A stretch of DNA of 64,000 nt. It comes from an uncultured delta proteobacterium (GTDB lineage Bacteria; Myxococcota_A; Polyangia; Polyangiales; Polyangiaceae). The stretch covers positions 1,376,001 to 1,440,000 of the forward strand of contig CAWDXG010000004.1 of the NCBI GenBank assembly GCA_963806225.1, written 5' to 3'. Made by a program: the position numbers and the translations under genes. This document shows positions 10,330 to 20,286 of the stretch, one piece after another. Positions within the stretch are counted from its first letter, which is position 1; each line of letters opens with the position of its first letter. The notes below the pieces were generated by a model. That model was not told where the DNA came from and did not search any database. It worked only from the letters and a program-made list of their open reading frames with translations.

Positions 10330-11691
10330 TCAGTCCGGTTGGTAGAGCACCTTCTGACTCGGCTCGGTGTAGTAGTAGGCCGAGAAGCCCGAGCGGTGCC
10401 ACGTCGCAGCGCCGAAGCCGTTGACCAGCACCGACCAGAGAGCGGCGGTGGTGAACAGCGTGCGGAACCGGAAGCCGCCGATCGCGAGCAGCGCGAACAG
10501 GAACACCGCATAGTCGTTCGAGAAGCGATAGCCGAACTGCTCCCAGCCGGTGTTCTGGTAGAAGAGCGTGGGCACCGCGACCGCCGCCACCGTCAGCCAC
10601 AGCGCCCAGTGCAGAAAGCCGGTGCGGCGCGGCCAGAGCAGCCAGAGATACAGCGGCGTCGTCACCCACAGCGCGAGCCCGTGCCCGTTCACCTGGAACG
10701 GGGCGTTCGCCGGAGCGTGCGGCACGTACGGCAGGCTCGTCAGCACCACGCCCAGGTTCTTCGCAAGGTAGTGGTAGCTGAAGAGCCCCCACCTCTGCAT
10801 GCGGGCATGCCAGCCGACGGTGAGGTGCTCGTAGCCGAAATCGAAGGGGCTCCCGAAGCGCAGCTGGTTCAGCCGGAAGGCAACGCCGAGCACGATCAGG
10901 ATCGGGATCGCGAACGCGACGTAGAGCCGGAGCAGCCTGCCCTTGTCGAGCCGGCGCCAGGGTCGGTCGAGCTCGCCGCGCACTCCCTTGTGCAGCACCT
11001 CGTGCTGCATCTGCTGCGGCGTGCGGAGCGAAACGCGGATCGCCTCGAGCGCAAACAACGGCACCGCGAACAAGAGCGGCGAGCGCGTCATGAAACCGAG
11101 CCCGATCGCCGCTCCTGCCAGCACCGGCCGGCTCGCGTCGAGCGCGAAGAGCAGGTACAGCGCAGCCAACATCGCGCCCACGACGTGCGCGGCGAACCAT
11201 ACGGTGCCCTGCTCGGCGCTGAAGAAGTACACGCTGCCGAAGGCAAACAGGAACGCGAGCACGACGTTCGTCGGGGCGCTGCGCGACGAGCGTCCGGTCC
11301 GCCGCAGCTTCTCGAGCGCGAGGAACAGCACTGCCGGGGCAATGCCGGCGAGCCAGATGAAGAACTGGCCGTCCTGCACGTTCGTCGCCGCACCGGCAAG
11401 CGCCACGAACGGCAGCAGCAGGAGTGCCGGGAAGGGCGGAAAGACGATGTACCAGTGGCCCTGGTACAGCGCGAAGTCGTTGTTCCCCGCGTACGCGGGC
11501 GGCGCTCCGCCCAGATCAAGCCGCCCATGCAGCCAGGAGTCGGCGAGCAGGGCGAAGTGGTTCCACGGCGTGTGCTCGGTGAGCGTGGCTGGAGCGGCAA
11601 ATGCGAAGTACACGCCGGTAGCGACGGCGTAGATGCCCAGCGCGAGCAGAAGCCGGCGAAAACGTGTGTCAGCGACAAGCCGCGCCCACAT
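10330..11691 (-). CDS. Multi-TM membrane protein, probable GT-C-fold glycosyltransferase
   Basis: Many hydrophobic helices; WYIVFPPFP, QFGYRFSNDY motifs. Confidence 0.7.
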   Translation of the reverse strand: MWARLVADTRFRRLLLALGIYAVATGVYFAFAAPATLTEHTPWNHFALLADSWLHGRLDLGGAPPAYAGNNDFALYQGHWYIVFPPFPALLLLPFVALAGAATNVQDGQFFIWLAGIAPAVLFLALEKLRRTGRSSRSAPTNVVLAFLFAFGSVYFFSAEQGTVWFAAHVVGAMLAALYLLFALDASRPVLAGAAIGLGFMTRSPLLFAVPLFALEAIRVSLRTPQQMQHEVLHKGVRGELDRPWRRLDKGRLLRLYVAFAIPILIVLGVAFRLNQLRFGSPFDFGYEHLTVGWHARMQRWGLFSYHYLAKNLGVVLTSLPYVPHAPANAPFQVNGHGLALWVTTPLYLWLLWPRRTGFLHWALWLTVAAVAVPTLFYQNTGWEQFGYRFSNDYAVFLFALLAIGGFRFRTLFTTAALWSVLVNGFGAATWHRSGFSAYYYTEPSQKVLYQPD

Positions 11692-11751
11692 CGGCCGCGG
11701 ACGCTACCACCGTTTGCCTGGGACCGGGCGCGGCGCTAGCTTGCGGGTCCC

Positions 11752-12411
11752 GTGCCCCAGCCCCTGTTCACCGTCTCCATCGCGGACCTCGAGCGCGGTC
11801 CGAAAGAGATCACCTGGCCGCTCGGCGAGGCCTGGCTGCGCCACGCGTTCGCGGGAACCGAGGTCACGCCCGCCAGCGACGGCGAGCTCACCGTCGAGCT
11901 GACCCTGAATGGGCGGGAGGTGATCGTGCGTGGGCGGGCCAGGGCTCCGGTGACGTTGCCGGACGCCCGCAGCCTGGAGCCGGTGCCCCTGACGCTCGAG
12001 CCCGAGATCTTCTTGCTGCTCGTCCAGGCCGCGGAGCCGGACACGCGGCAGCGCCACGCGCCGCGCCACCGCAAGGACCCGCACGGCGCGCGCCGGGACC
12101 GCGGGCACAAGCCCAAGGCCAAGCACTCCGGGGGCGGCAAGCGGTCCGGTGGCTGGGACGACGACCCGGTGCTCAGCGACGAGGACGCAGCCCGGGATAC
12201 CTATTCGGGCGAGCGCGTCGTGCTCGACAGCTTCGTGCGCGAGTTCCTCCTGCTGGAGCTCCCGATGAGCGTGACGCGATCCGACTTGCCTCGAGCCGAT
12301 GATCCAGCTACTGCTCCGCCCTCCGGCGGCCCGGACGAGGCGGAGCACATCGATCCCCGCCTGGCCCCTCTGGCGGCGATCGCCAGCCGCCTGCGACAGA
12401 ACAAGGAGTGA
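11752..12411 (+). CDS. yceD: YceD/DUF177 family protein
   Basis: C-terminal IDPRLAPLA motif; directly upstream of rpmF. Confidence 0.85.
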   Translation: MPQPLFTVSIADLERGPKEITWPLGEAWLRHAFAGTEVTPASDGELTVELTLNGREVIVRGRARAPVTLPDARSLEPVPLTLEPEIFLLLVQAAEPDTRQRHAPRHRKDPHGARRDRGHKPKAKHSGGGKRSGGWDDDPVLSDEDAARDTYSGERVVLDSFVREFLLLELPMSVTRSDLPRADDPATAPPSGGPDEAEHIDPRLAPLAAIASRLRQNKE

Positions 12412-12415
12412 TCCC

Positions 12416-12607
12416 GTGGCAGTTCCCAAGCGACGCAAGTCCAGCAGCAAGCGCGACATGCGCCGAGCCCAGCACGACAAGGTGTCCGCACCCAACGTCG
12501 TGCCCTGCCCGAACTGCTCCGCCCCCATGGTCTCGCACCGCGTCTGCCCCTCCTGCGGGTACTACAAGGGCCGCGCCGTGCTGAAGTCCGGTCCGGCGAG
12601 CGAGTAG
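12416..12607 (+). CDS. rpmF: 50S ribosomal protein L32 (Zn-ribbon type)
   Basis: GTG start, AVPKRRKS...CPNC...[13 protein letters not shown]. Confidence 0.97.
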   Translation: MAVPKRRKSSSKRDMRRAQHDKVSAPNVVPCPNCSAPMVSHRVCPSCGYYKGRAVLKSGPASE

Positions 12608-12636
12608 GCAGGCGCGCGATCGGCCAATTGGCCGGC

Positions 12637-12671
12637 AATGGTTCAACCTCTCTTGATGTGGTTGAACCATT
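12637..12671. promoter_or_regulatory. Inverted repeat upstream of fabH, candidate operator
   Basis: AATGGTTCAACC-N11-GGTTGAACCATT. Confidence 0.45.
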
Positions 12672-12712
12672 TTCTCGTGACGGGCGGGGCGTGACATCGT
12701 AGGCAGATCGGG

Positions 12713-13711
12713 ATGTCGACCGACAAGCCCCGGGGCAGCCGAATTGCAGGCACCGGCGCCTACGCGCCGGAGCGCGTATTGACCAACGCCGATCTCGAGA
12801 AGCTCGTCGACACCTCGGACGCGTGGATCACCGAGCGGACCGGGATCAAGCAGCGCCATGTAGCCGGGGACGGGGAAGCCGCCAGCGACATGGCGCTCCA
12901 GGCCGCGCGCGGAGCGCTGGAGTCCGCCGGGCTCAGGGCTGCAGACCTCGACATGATCATCGTCGGGACGATCAGCCCCGACATGCGGCTGCCCGCCTGC
13001 GCGGCCTTCCTACAGAAGAAGCTCGGCGTGACGGCAATCCCATCCTTCGACGTCGCGGCCGCCTGCGCGGGCTTCGTCTACAGCATGTCGATCGGCGACC
13101 AGTTCATCAGGAGCGGCATGCACGACAACGTGCTCGTCGTCGGCGTCGAGCTCCTGTCGCGGGTGCTGAACTGGGAAGATCGCACGACCTGCGTGCTGTT
13201 CGGCGATGGCGCCGGCGCAGCGGTGCTCACGCCGACGGACGGCGCCTCGTCACGCGTGCTGTCGACCAAGCTGTACACCGATGCGACCTGGGCCGAGTCG
13301 CTGTTCATACCCGGGGGCGGCAGCAAGGAGCCGCTGACGGCGGAGGGCATCGCGCAGCAACGCGACAAGGTGCACATGATCGGCCAGGACATCTTCAAGG
13401 TCGCGGTCAAGAACCTCAGCAGCGCTTCGCTCGAGGCACTCGAGTCCGCGGGGCTCACCGCCAGCGACGTCGACTGGGTCGTGCCGCACCAGGCCAACAT
13501 GCGCATCATCACGCAGGTGGCGCATCGGCTTCACATCCCGCTCGATCGCTTCGTCCTGAACATCGAGCGCTATGGGAACACATCGAGCGCATCGATCCCG
13601 ATCGCCCTCGACGAGGGCGTGCGCGACGGCCGGATCAAGCCCGGACAGACGGTGCTGATGTGCGCGCTGGGCGCCGGCATCTCCTGGGCCAGCGCTCTGG
13701 TCCGGATGTAG
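12713..13711 (+). CDS. fabH: 3-oxoacyl-ACP synthase III
   Basis: AACAGF, VPHQAN, GNTSSAS catalytic triad motifs. Confidence 0.96.
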   Translation: MSTDKPRGSRIAGTGAYAPERVLTNADLEKLVDTSDAWITERTGIKQRHVAGDGEAASDMALQAARGALESAGLRAADLDMIIVGTISPDMRLPACAAFLQKKLGVTAIPSFDVAAACAGFVYSMSIGDQFIRSGMHDNVLVVGVELLSRVLNWEDRTTCVLFGDGAGAAVLTPTDGASSRVLSTKLYTDATWAESLFIPGGGSKEPLTAEGIAQQRDKVHMIGQDIFKVAVKNLSSASLEALESAGLTASDVDWVVPHQANMRIITQVAHRLHIPLDRFVLNIERYGNTSSASIPIALDEGVRDGRIKPGQTVLMCALGAGISWASALVRM

Positions 13712-13740
13712 ACCGGTTTTCAAGCGGCGGCGGGGCGTGT

Positions 13741-14697
13741 ATGAAACGCCCCGTGACCGTAGCCTGGCTCTTCCCCGGACAAGGAACGCAGACCGTCGGC
13801 ATGGGCAAGGCGCTCCATGACGCCTTCCCGAAAGCCCGCGAAGTATTCGAGCGCGCCGATGCCGCGCTCGGCTGGTCGATTTCGAAGCTGTGCTTCGAGG
13901 GACCGGAGAGCGAGCTGACCCTGACGGCGAACACGCAGCCGGCAATCGTGACCACGAGTATGGCTGCCCTGGCAGCGCTGCGCGCGTCCGTGCCCGGGCT
14001 GCAGCAGCCCGCGTTCGCAGCCGGCCACTCGCTGGGCGAGTACAGTGCGTTGATCGCGGCCGGCGCCATCACGCTGGAAGACGGAGTGCGCCTGGTGCAC
14101 CTCCGGGGCCGCGCCATGCAGGACGCCGTGCCGGCGGGTCAGGGCGCGATGGCTGCCGTGATGGGCGGCGATCCCGATGCCGTCCGCGCGCTGTGCGCGG
14201 ACGCGGCCGAAGGCGAGGTGCTCTCGCCGGCCAACTACAACGCCCCGGGGCAGGTCGTGATCGCCGGACACGCTGGCGCGGTACAACGGGCGAGAGAGCT
14301 GGCAGCGTCACGCAAGCTGAAAGCGATTCCGCTCAAGGTGAGCGCTCCCTTCCATTGTGCGCTGATGGCCCCTGCCGCCCGCACGGTCGAGCGGGCGCTC
14401 GCGGAGATCGAGATCGGACCGCTTTCCTTCCCGGTAGTCTCGAACGTGGAGGGGCGGCCCAATAGCGATGCGTCGCGCGTGCGCGAGCTCCTGGTGCGGC
14501 AGATCGACAGCCCGGTGCAGTGGAGCCAGTCGGTGTCGCACATGGCGGAGGCGGGCGTCGACCGGGCGCTGGAAATCGGTCCGGGCAAGGTGCTGGCCGG
14601 GCTCGTCCGCCGCATCGACAAGCGCGTCCGCGTGCTGCCAGCGGGCAATCCGGCCGGCGTCGCGGCAGCCGCCGACTTTCTCGCATCCACCTCGTAA
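13741..14697 (+). CDS. fabD: Malonyl-CoA-ACP transacylase
   Basis: FPGQG, GHSLGEY, SAPFH. Confidence 0.96.
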   Translation: MKRPVTVAWLFPGQGTQTVGMGKALHDAFPKAREVFERADAALGWSISKLCFEGPESELTLTANTQPAIVTTSMAALAALRASVPGLQQPAFAAGHSLGEYSALIAAGAITLEDGVRLVHLRGRAMQDAVPAGQGAMAAVMGGDPDAVRALCADAAEGEVLSPANYNAPGQVVIAGHAGAVQRARELAASRKLKAIPLKVSAPFHCALMAPAARTVERALAEIEIGPLSFPVVSNVEGRPNSDASRVRELLVRQIDSPVQWSQSVSHMAEAGVDRALEIGPGKVLAGLVRRIDKRVRVLPAGNPAGVAAAADFLASTS

Positions 14698-14850
14698 TCC
14701 TCGCGGGGTTCACGCGCCCTTCCCAGGGCCGCAGCGGCCGGGCAGCTTGCTCGCCTGGCGATCGCCGCCGGCGAACACGGCCTTCGCCACCCCTCCGTCG
14801 TGTGATTCCACACACCTGGAGCAGGCGCGCCGCTTGCGAAGGCGCGGCGC

Positions 14851-15078
14851 GTGTTGCGCCCGCGTGCCCCCGGGATCAGCAACGTCGCCTCGCCAGGTCG
14901 GCCGCGCCGCCAGCCCGAGCAGACGGCGCTCTACCAGGTCGTGCAGCAAAACCTGGAGGCCTTCCTAAAGGAAGCGCGTGAGCGATACGCCCGTGGCTTG
15001 CCCCGCTACGTCGAGGAAGAGCTTCGCGCGTACCTGAAGTGCGGCATCCTCGCTCACGGGTGGGGGGTCACACACTGA
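14851..15078 (+). mobile_element. Truncated IS91-like (Y2) transposase, N-terminal zinc-binding-domain fragment
   Basis: RRQPEQTALYQVVQQNLEAFL...LPRYVEEELRAYLKCGILAHG, then stops before the CxxC motifs. Confidence 0.75.
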
Positions 15079-15403
15079 GTATGTAGGTCGGTCTTCGTTG
15101 GCGCGCGTCACCATCACGCGCCGACACCATCCCTTCGAGGGCGAGACCTTCGAGGTCGTCAAGCCTGGTCCGAGGCAGATCGTGATCCGGGTCGATGACG
15201 GTTCGAGCATGCGCGTCCCGCGATCATGGACGGACGCGGATGGCCCCCCGCGCGCCGAGGCGCCCGAGCACGTCTTCACGGTCGATGCACTCCGCGAGCT
15301 CGGCGCGCTCGTGGTCGCGCTTGCGCAACGATCGTCGGCCGAAGTGGTGCCGCGTTCCGACGACGCCGTCGTTGTCGAAAGCGGCAAGGACGGGTCGGCG
15401 TGA
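15071..15403 (+). mobile_element. DUF5372/Y4bD-like small ORF typical of serine-recombinase elements (remnant)
   Basis: HTEY...VTITRRHHPFEGETFEV...DGSSMRVPRSWTD; begins exactly where the IS91-like frame breaks. Confidence 0.6.
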
Positions 15404-15496
15404 GCGCGAACCGGGGCGATCGTGCGGTGTCGTTGCCCGTGACAGCAGGAAGGTGCATGCACGTCTCCAACGTAGCCAGGCCAAGGCTCGCGGCCG

Positions 15497-15524
15497 ACGT
15501 CGCATAAGGGCAATTATGTCAACC
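15497..15524 (+). other. XerC/XerD dif-like recombination site
   Basis: ACGTCGCATAA-GGGCAA-TTATGTCAACC; 11-6-11 layout resembling E. coli dif GGTGCGCATAA-TGTATA-TTATGTTAAAT. Confidence 0.75.
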
Positions 15525-15674
15525 ATTTCCAGATGTTAGGCCCTACGTCCAGCTTGCCTCGGCTTCCCCGGCCTGTCAACCGCTGCGCGCTCCACCGCCT
15601 GCCACCACCACGTTGCTCCTGCGGATGCAGGTTGGTTCGCCTGGCCTTCTGGCCTTCACCAAAGCGCATGCGGC

Positions 15675-15809
15675 CTACGGTACCGTGATCGTTACGCCCG
15701 TTCTGTCGAGACCGGAGAAGTGGCGTGCGTTCAAGGTGAGCAGCACGCAGGGAGCGAGCTTGCCGGCCGCGAGGGCGAGCAGCGCGTCATAGCTACGCCC
15801 GCCGGTCTG
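15675..15809 (-). pseudogene. C-terminal fragment of PIN-domain (VapC-like) toxin
   Basis: QTGGRSYDALLALAAGKLAPCVLLTLNARHFSGLDRTGVTITVP*; in-frame TAA directly upstream, no start codon. Confidence 0.65.
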
Positions 15810-15886
15810 TTATGACTCCAGGGGTCGCGGCCTCGGGGATCCGGCGCTTTTCCCGACGCCGGGCGCCGCCACAGTCTCCTCCGGCT

Positions 15887-15958
15887 GCGCGCAGGCCCGG
15901 AGGGCCGAGCACAGCCTTGGGGGAGACCGCAGGCGCGCAGGCCCGGCGGGCCGAGCAC
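15887..15958. repeat. Two 26-bp direct repeats with internal hairpin (REP-like)
   Basis: GCGCGCAGGCCCGG(A/C)GGGCCGAGCAC at 15887-15912 and 15933-15958. Confidence 0.7.
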
Positions 15959-16108
15959 CTGCGAGTGGGGGCAACCCTGCCATCGGGTGCGAACGCTGCG
16001 ACGCACCGCGGGACGCGATCTTTCCGGCTTGATCTCGGCCGGGGCGTGGTAAACACGCCCCGCCCGGGCCGAGCCGGGAGGCACCCGGGTATCAGGGGAC
16101 CGAGGAAG

Positions 16109-16855
16109 ATGTTCGACCTCAGCGGCAAAGTAGCCCTCGTCACTGGCGGATCGCGCGGCATTGGACGCGCGACAGCGCAGGCGCTTGCCGCCCAGGGCGC
16201 GCACGTGGTCATCGGCTACGGCTCGAACGAAACGGCGGCGCGCGACACGGCGCAGGCGATCGAGGCGGCGGGCGGCAAGGCGGAGATCCTCGGCTTCGAC
16301 GTGGCGGACACCGCAGCGGCGGAGAAGGCCGTTGCTGAAACAGCCAAGCGACTGGGCAGGCTGGACGTGCTAGTCGCCAGCGCCGGCATTTCGCTCGATG
16401 GTCTGTTGCTCCGCCTCAAGGACGAGGACTTCGATCGCACGTTCGCGGTCAACGTGAAGGGTGCGGTCGCCTGCGCTCGCGGCGCGCTCAAGTCGATGAT
16501 GCGGGCGCGCGCGGGACGCATCATCTTCCTGTCCAGCGTGGTCGGCGAGATGGGGAATGCCGGCCAGACGGCCTACGCGGCATCGAAGGCAGCTCTGCTG
16601 GGCGTCACCCGCAGCCTGGCCCGCGAGTACGCCTCGCGCGGCATCACGGTCAACGCGGTGACCCCCGGCTACATCGAAACGGACATGACCGGCGCGCTCA
16701 CCGAGGAGCAGCGCGAGGCCATGCTCGCCGGCGTGCCGCTCGCGCGGCCCGGGCAGCCCGCGGAAGTTGCAGCCTGCGTCGCGTTCCTCGCTTCGGACGA
16801 GGCAGGCTACATCACCGGGCATGCCCTCCGGATCAACGGCGGAATGTACATGTAA
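16109..16855 (+). CDS. fabG: 3-oxoacyl-ACP reductase
   Basis: TGGSRGIG, YAASK, NAVTPG, INGGMYM. Confidence 0.95.
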   Translation: MFDLSGKVALVTGGSRGIGRATAQALAAQGAHVVIGYGSNETAARDTAQAIEAAGGKAEILGFDVADTAAAEKAVAETAKRLGRLDVLVASAGISLDGLLLRLKDEDFDRTFAVNVKGAVACARGALKSMMRARAGRIIFLSSVVGEMGNAGQTAYAASKAALLGVTRSLAREYASRGITVNAVTPGYIETDMTGALTEEQREAMLAGVPLARPGQPAEVAACVAFLASDEAGYITGHALRINGGMYM

Positions 16856-16931
16856 TCACTGAGCAATTTGCTCGCACCTGAAAACACCTGCAATCGGGGC
16901 GCTTTCATTGTAGAGGCCCCGTGGAGGCACC

Positions 16932-17174
<243 letters not shown>

Positions 17175-17312
17175 GAACGCAGCCCCGGGGGCGGCGGGGG
17201 CCGTCCCCCGCAACCCACCCACAGCGGGAGCCGTCCCCGGTCTATCAAAGGGCCGGGGCCTCCCCGTCCCAGCCGGCGCGATCCGGCAACCGGGGCTCGC
17301 CTTAATACCCCG

Positions 17313-18566
17313 ATGAGCATGGAACGCGTTGTCGTCACTGGAATTGGACTGGTCACCCCCAACGGGATCGGCACCCAGGCTTCCTGGGATTCGCTGATCC
17401 AGGGAAAGAGCGGCGTTGGCCCCATTACCCTCTTCGAGGCGACGGAGGACTATCCATCCCGTTTCGCCGCCGAGGTGAAGGACTTCGATCCGACCCAGTT
17501 CATGGAGCGGAAGAAGATCAAGGAGGTCACGCGCTTCATCCCGTTCTCGCTCGCCGCAACCAAGATGGCGCTGGAACAGGCGGACCTCGGCCTCACGGAC
17601 GAGGAACGCGAGCGGGTCGGGGTGTTCATCGGCGTAGGCCTCGGTGGCCTGGAGAATCTGGAGCGGGTCACGCTGCTGCTCGACCGGAAAGGGCCGGGCA
17701 AGGTCAGCCCGTATTTCATCCCGTCGCTGATCGCGAACATGGCAGCCGGCCAGGTCTCGATCGCCCATGGCTTCCAGGGCCCGAGCTACGCGCACACCAG
17801 CGCCTGCTCGTCGAGCGCGCACGCCATCGGCGAAGCCCTGCGCTGGATCCAGGAGGGACGCGCCGAGGTCATGGTCGCCGGCGGCGCGGAAGCGACGATC
17901 ACACCGATCGGCATCGCGGGCTTCAGCGCGATGTTCGCGCTCAGCCGCCGCAACGCCGAGCCCCAGCGCGCCAGCCGTCCCTGGGACCGTGGGCGCGACG
18001 GCTTCGTGTGCGGCGAGGGCGCCGGCACGTTGATCCTCGAGTCGCTCACGCGCGCGAAGAAGCGCGGCGCGCACATCTTCGCGGAAGTCACCGGCGCCGG
18101 AGCGACCAGCGACGCCTACCACATCACCAAGCCCGCACCGGGTGGCGCCGGCGCGGTGCGCGCGATGAAGCTCGCGCTGAAGGACGCGAAGCTCGACCCG
18201 ACCCAGATCGACTACATCAACGCCCACGGCACTTCCACGCCGGCCGGTGATGTCGAGGAGTCGAAGGCGATCGAGAAGGTCTACGGCGCGCACGCGCTCG
18301 ACAAGAAGCTCTGGGTCAGCTCGACGAAGTCGATGATGGGGCATCTGCTCGGCGCCGCAGGTGCGGTCGAAGCCGCCATCTGCATCAAAGCCATCGAAAC
18401 CGGCGCCATTCCGCCCACCATCAATCACGAGGACCCAGACCCGGAGTGTGTGCTCGATTACGTGCCCAACCAGGCGCGCGAACGGCGCATCACACACGCG
18501 ATGAGCAACTCCTTCGGCTTCGGGGGCACCAACGCGACGTTGATCCTCTCGGCGTTCAACGAGTAG
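17313..18566 (+). CDS. fabF: 3-oxoacyl-ACP synthase II
   Basis: SACSS, NAHGTST, GHLLGAAG, NSFGFGGTN. Confidence 0.96.
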   Translation: MSMERVVVTGIGLVTPNGIGTQASWDSLIQGKSGVGPITLFEATEDYPSRFAAEVKDFDPTQFMERKKIKEVTRFIPFSLAATKMALEQADLGLTDEERERVGVFIGVGLGGLENLERVTLLLDRKGPGKVSPYFIPSLIANMAAGQVSIAHGFQGPSYAHTSACSSSAHAIGEALRWIQEGRAEVMVAGGAEATITPIGIAGFSAMFALSRRNAEPQRASRPWDRGRDGFVCGEGAGTLILESLTRAKKRGAHIFAEVTGAGATSDAYHITKPAPGGAGAVRAMKLALKDAKLDPTQIDYINAHGTSTPAGDVEESKAIEKVYGAHALDKKLWVSSTKSMMGHLLGAAGAVEAAICIKAIETGAIPPTINHEDPDPECVLDYVPNQARERRITHAMSNSFGFGGTNATLILSAFNE

Positions 18567-18592
18567 CGGGCACGACGGGCGAAGGCGGCAAC

Positions 18593-19057
18593 ATGCAGTG
18601 CCCATATTGCAGGGAGATGGACAGCCGGGTCATCGACTCGCGGCTGGTCGCCGGCGGCACCGTCACCTGGCGCCGGCGCGAGTGCGATGCCTGCAAGCGG
18701 CGCTTCACCACCTACGAGCGCGTGGAGTTCACGCTGCCCACCGTCGTCAAGAAGGACGGCCAACGCGAGCCATTCGACCGGGCCAAGGTGCTCCGCAGCC
18801 TGCGCATCGCCTGCAACAAGCGTCCCGTGTCGGACGACACGCTGGAAGAACAGGCCGTGGCACTTGAACGCGAGCTCGCCGAGAGCGGCGACAAGGAAAT
18901 CTCGTCGCTGATCATCGGAGAGCGCGTGATGGCCCGGCTCAAGGAGCTGGATGAGGTAGCCTACGTCCGCTTCGCGAGCGTCTACCGCTCGTTCCGCGAC
19001 ATCGACGAATTCATGCGGGAGATGAACAAGCTCTCCCAGCCCGGCGACGGCGCCTGA
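18593..19057 (+). CDS. nrdR: Transcriptional repressor NrdR
   Basis: MQCPYC, RRRECDAC, ATP-cone, AYVRFASVYR. Confidence 0.96.
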   Translation: MQCPYCREMDSRVIDSRLVAGGTVTWRRRECDACKRRFTTYERVEFTLPTVVKKDGQREPFDRAKVLRSLRIACNKRPVSDDTLEEQAVALERELAESGDKEISSLIIGERVMARLKELDEVAYVRFASVYRSFRDIDEFMREMNKLSQPGDGA

Positions 19058-19097
19058 GTCGTCCCGCCGCCTTTTCGCTGAACCAGGACAGGAACCC

Positions 19098-20225
19098 ATG
19101 CCGGACATCGACAGCCAGCTGATGTCCCGCGCGCTCAAGCTTGCGGGAAGTGGGGATCCTTCCCCCAACCCGCACGTGGGTGCGCTCATCGCCGACGGCG
19201 AGGACATCGTCGCCGAAGCCTTCCACGAGGCCGCCGGGCTCGACCACGCGGAAATCGTCGCGTTGCGCGCGGCCGGGGATTCCGCAAAGGGCAAGACGCT
19301 GTATGTGACGCTGGAGCCGTGCAATCACGAAGGGCGCACTCCGCCCTGCGTGGACGCGATCCTCGCCGCCGGTATCTCGCGTGTCGTGATCGGTTGCCGC
19401 GATCCCAACCCCAGCGTGCCGGGCGGAGGCGTAGAACGCCTGCGCGAGGCAGGCGTGGAAGTCAGCGTGGGCGTGCTGGAGAAGGAAGCACGCGCGCTCA
19501 TCAAACCGTGGGGCAAATACATCACGACCGGTGCGGCTTTCCTGGCCCTGAAGGCCGCGGTGTCGCTCGACGGTCGCATCGCCACCCGCACTGGCGCTTC
19601 GCGCTGGATCTCGTGCCCCGAAGCGCGAGCCCGCGTACACACCCTGCGCTCGGCCCATGACGCGGTGATGGTCGGTATCAATACGGTGATAGCCGACGAT
19701 CCGCGCCTCACGGTGCGCGACGTTCCAGGTCGCAGTCCAGTGCGGGTCGTGATCGACAGCAAGCTCAGGATCCCGACCAACAGCCAGCTCGTGACGACCG
19801 CTCGCGAGACGCCGACCTGCGTCATCACCACGCTGGACGCCTCCCGCGCGGTCGCCGAGGCGCTTGAAGAAAGCGGCGTCGCAGTGATCCGCGTGCCGGC
19901 GACCACCGAGGGTCGCTGCGACATGCTCGCGGCGCTGAAGGAGCTGGCAGCGCGCGAAGTGGTGAGCGTGCTCTGCGAGGGCGGAGCGGAGCTGGCCGGC
20001 AGCCTGCTCGCACAGCAGCTTCCCGACGAGATGCACGTCTTCGTTGCCCCCATGCTGCTCGGTCCGCGAGGTCGCCCGGGGGCCGTCGACTGGGCGGGCC
20101 CGGAAAACCCCGCCGACGCGCCGCGCATCGAATCTCCGCGCTGGGAGCTGTGCGGCACGGACGCCTACGTGTCCGGGCCCATGCTCTACCCGAAGAAGAG
20201 CGCCGGCCGCACCAATCCCGGTTGA
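19098..20225 (+). CDS. ribD: Bifunctional riboflavin deaminase/reductase
   Basis: SPNPHVG, HAE, TLEPCNH, PPC, SLDGRIA. Confidence 0.95.
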   Translation: MPDIDSQLMSRALKLAGSGDPSPNPHVGALIADGEDIVAEAFHEAAGLDHAEIVALRAAGDSAKGKTLYVTLEPCNHEGRTPPCVDAILAAGISRVVIGCRDPNPSVPGGGVERLREAGVEVSVGVLEKEARALIKPWGKYITTGAAFLALKAAVSLDGRIATRTGASRWISCPEARARVHTLRSAHDAVMVGINTVIADDPRLTVRDVPGRSPVRVVIDSKLRIPTNSQLVTTARETPTCVITTLDASRAVAEALEESGVAVIRVPATTEGRCDMLAALKELAAREVVSVLCEGGAELAGSLLAQQLPDEMHVFVAPMLLGPRGRPGAVDWAGPENPADAPRIESPRWELCGTDAYVSGPMLYPKKSAGRTNPG

Positions 20226-20286
20226 GCCCGCGCCGCGCGCGCCGTTGCGACCGGGCAGGGCCAATGTTACGTTCCTGACGGGCTTC

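Noticed and set aside
15535..15541. GTTAGGC matching the integron attC core GTTRRRY
   Set aside because: No convincing inverse core or attC stem, and no integrase or cassette array.
17180..17300. GC-rich structured spacer between acpP and fabF as ncRNA or riboswitch
   Set aside because: Hairpins are possible, but I recognise no RNA family motif and see no second copy in the window.
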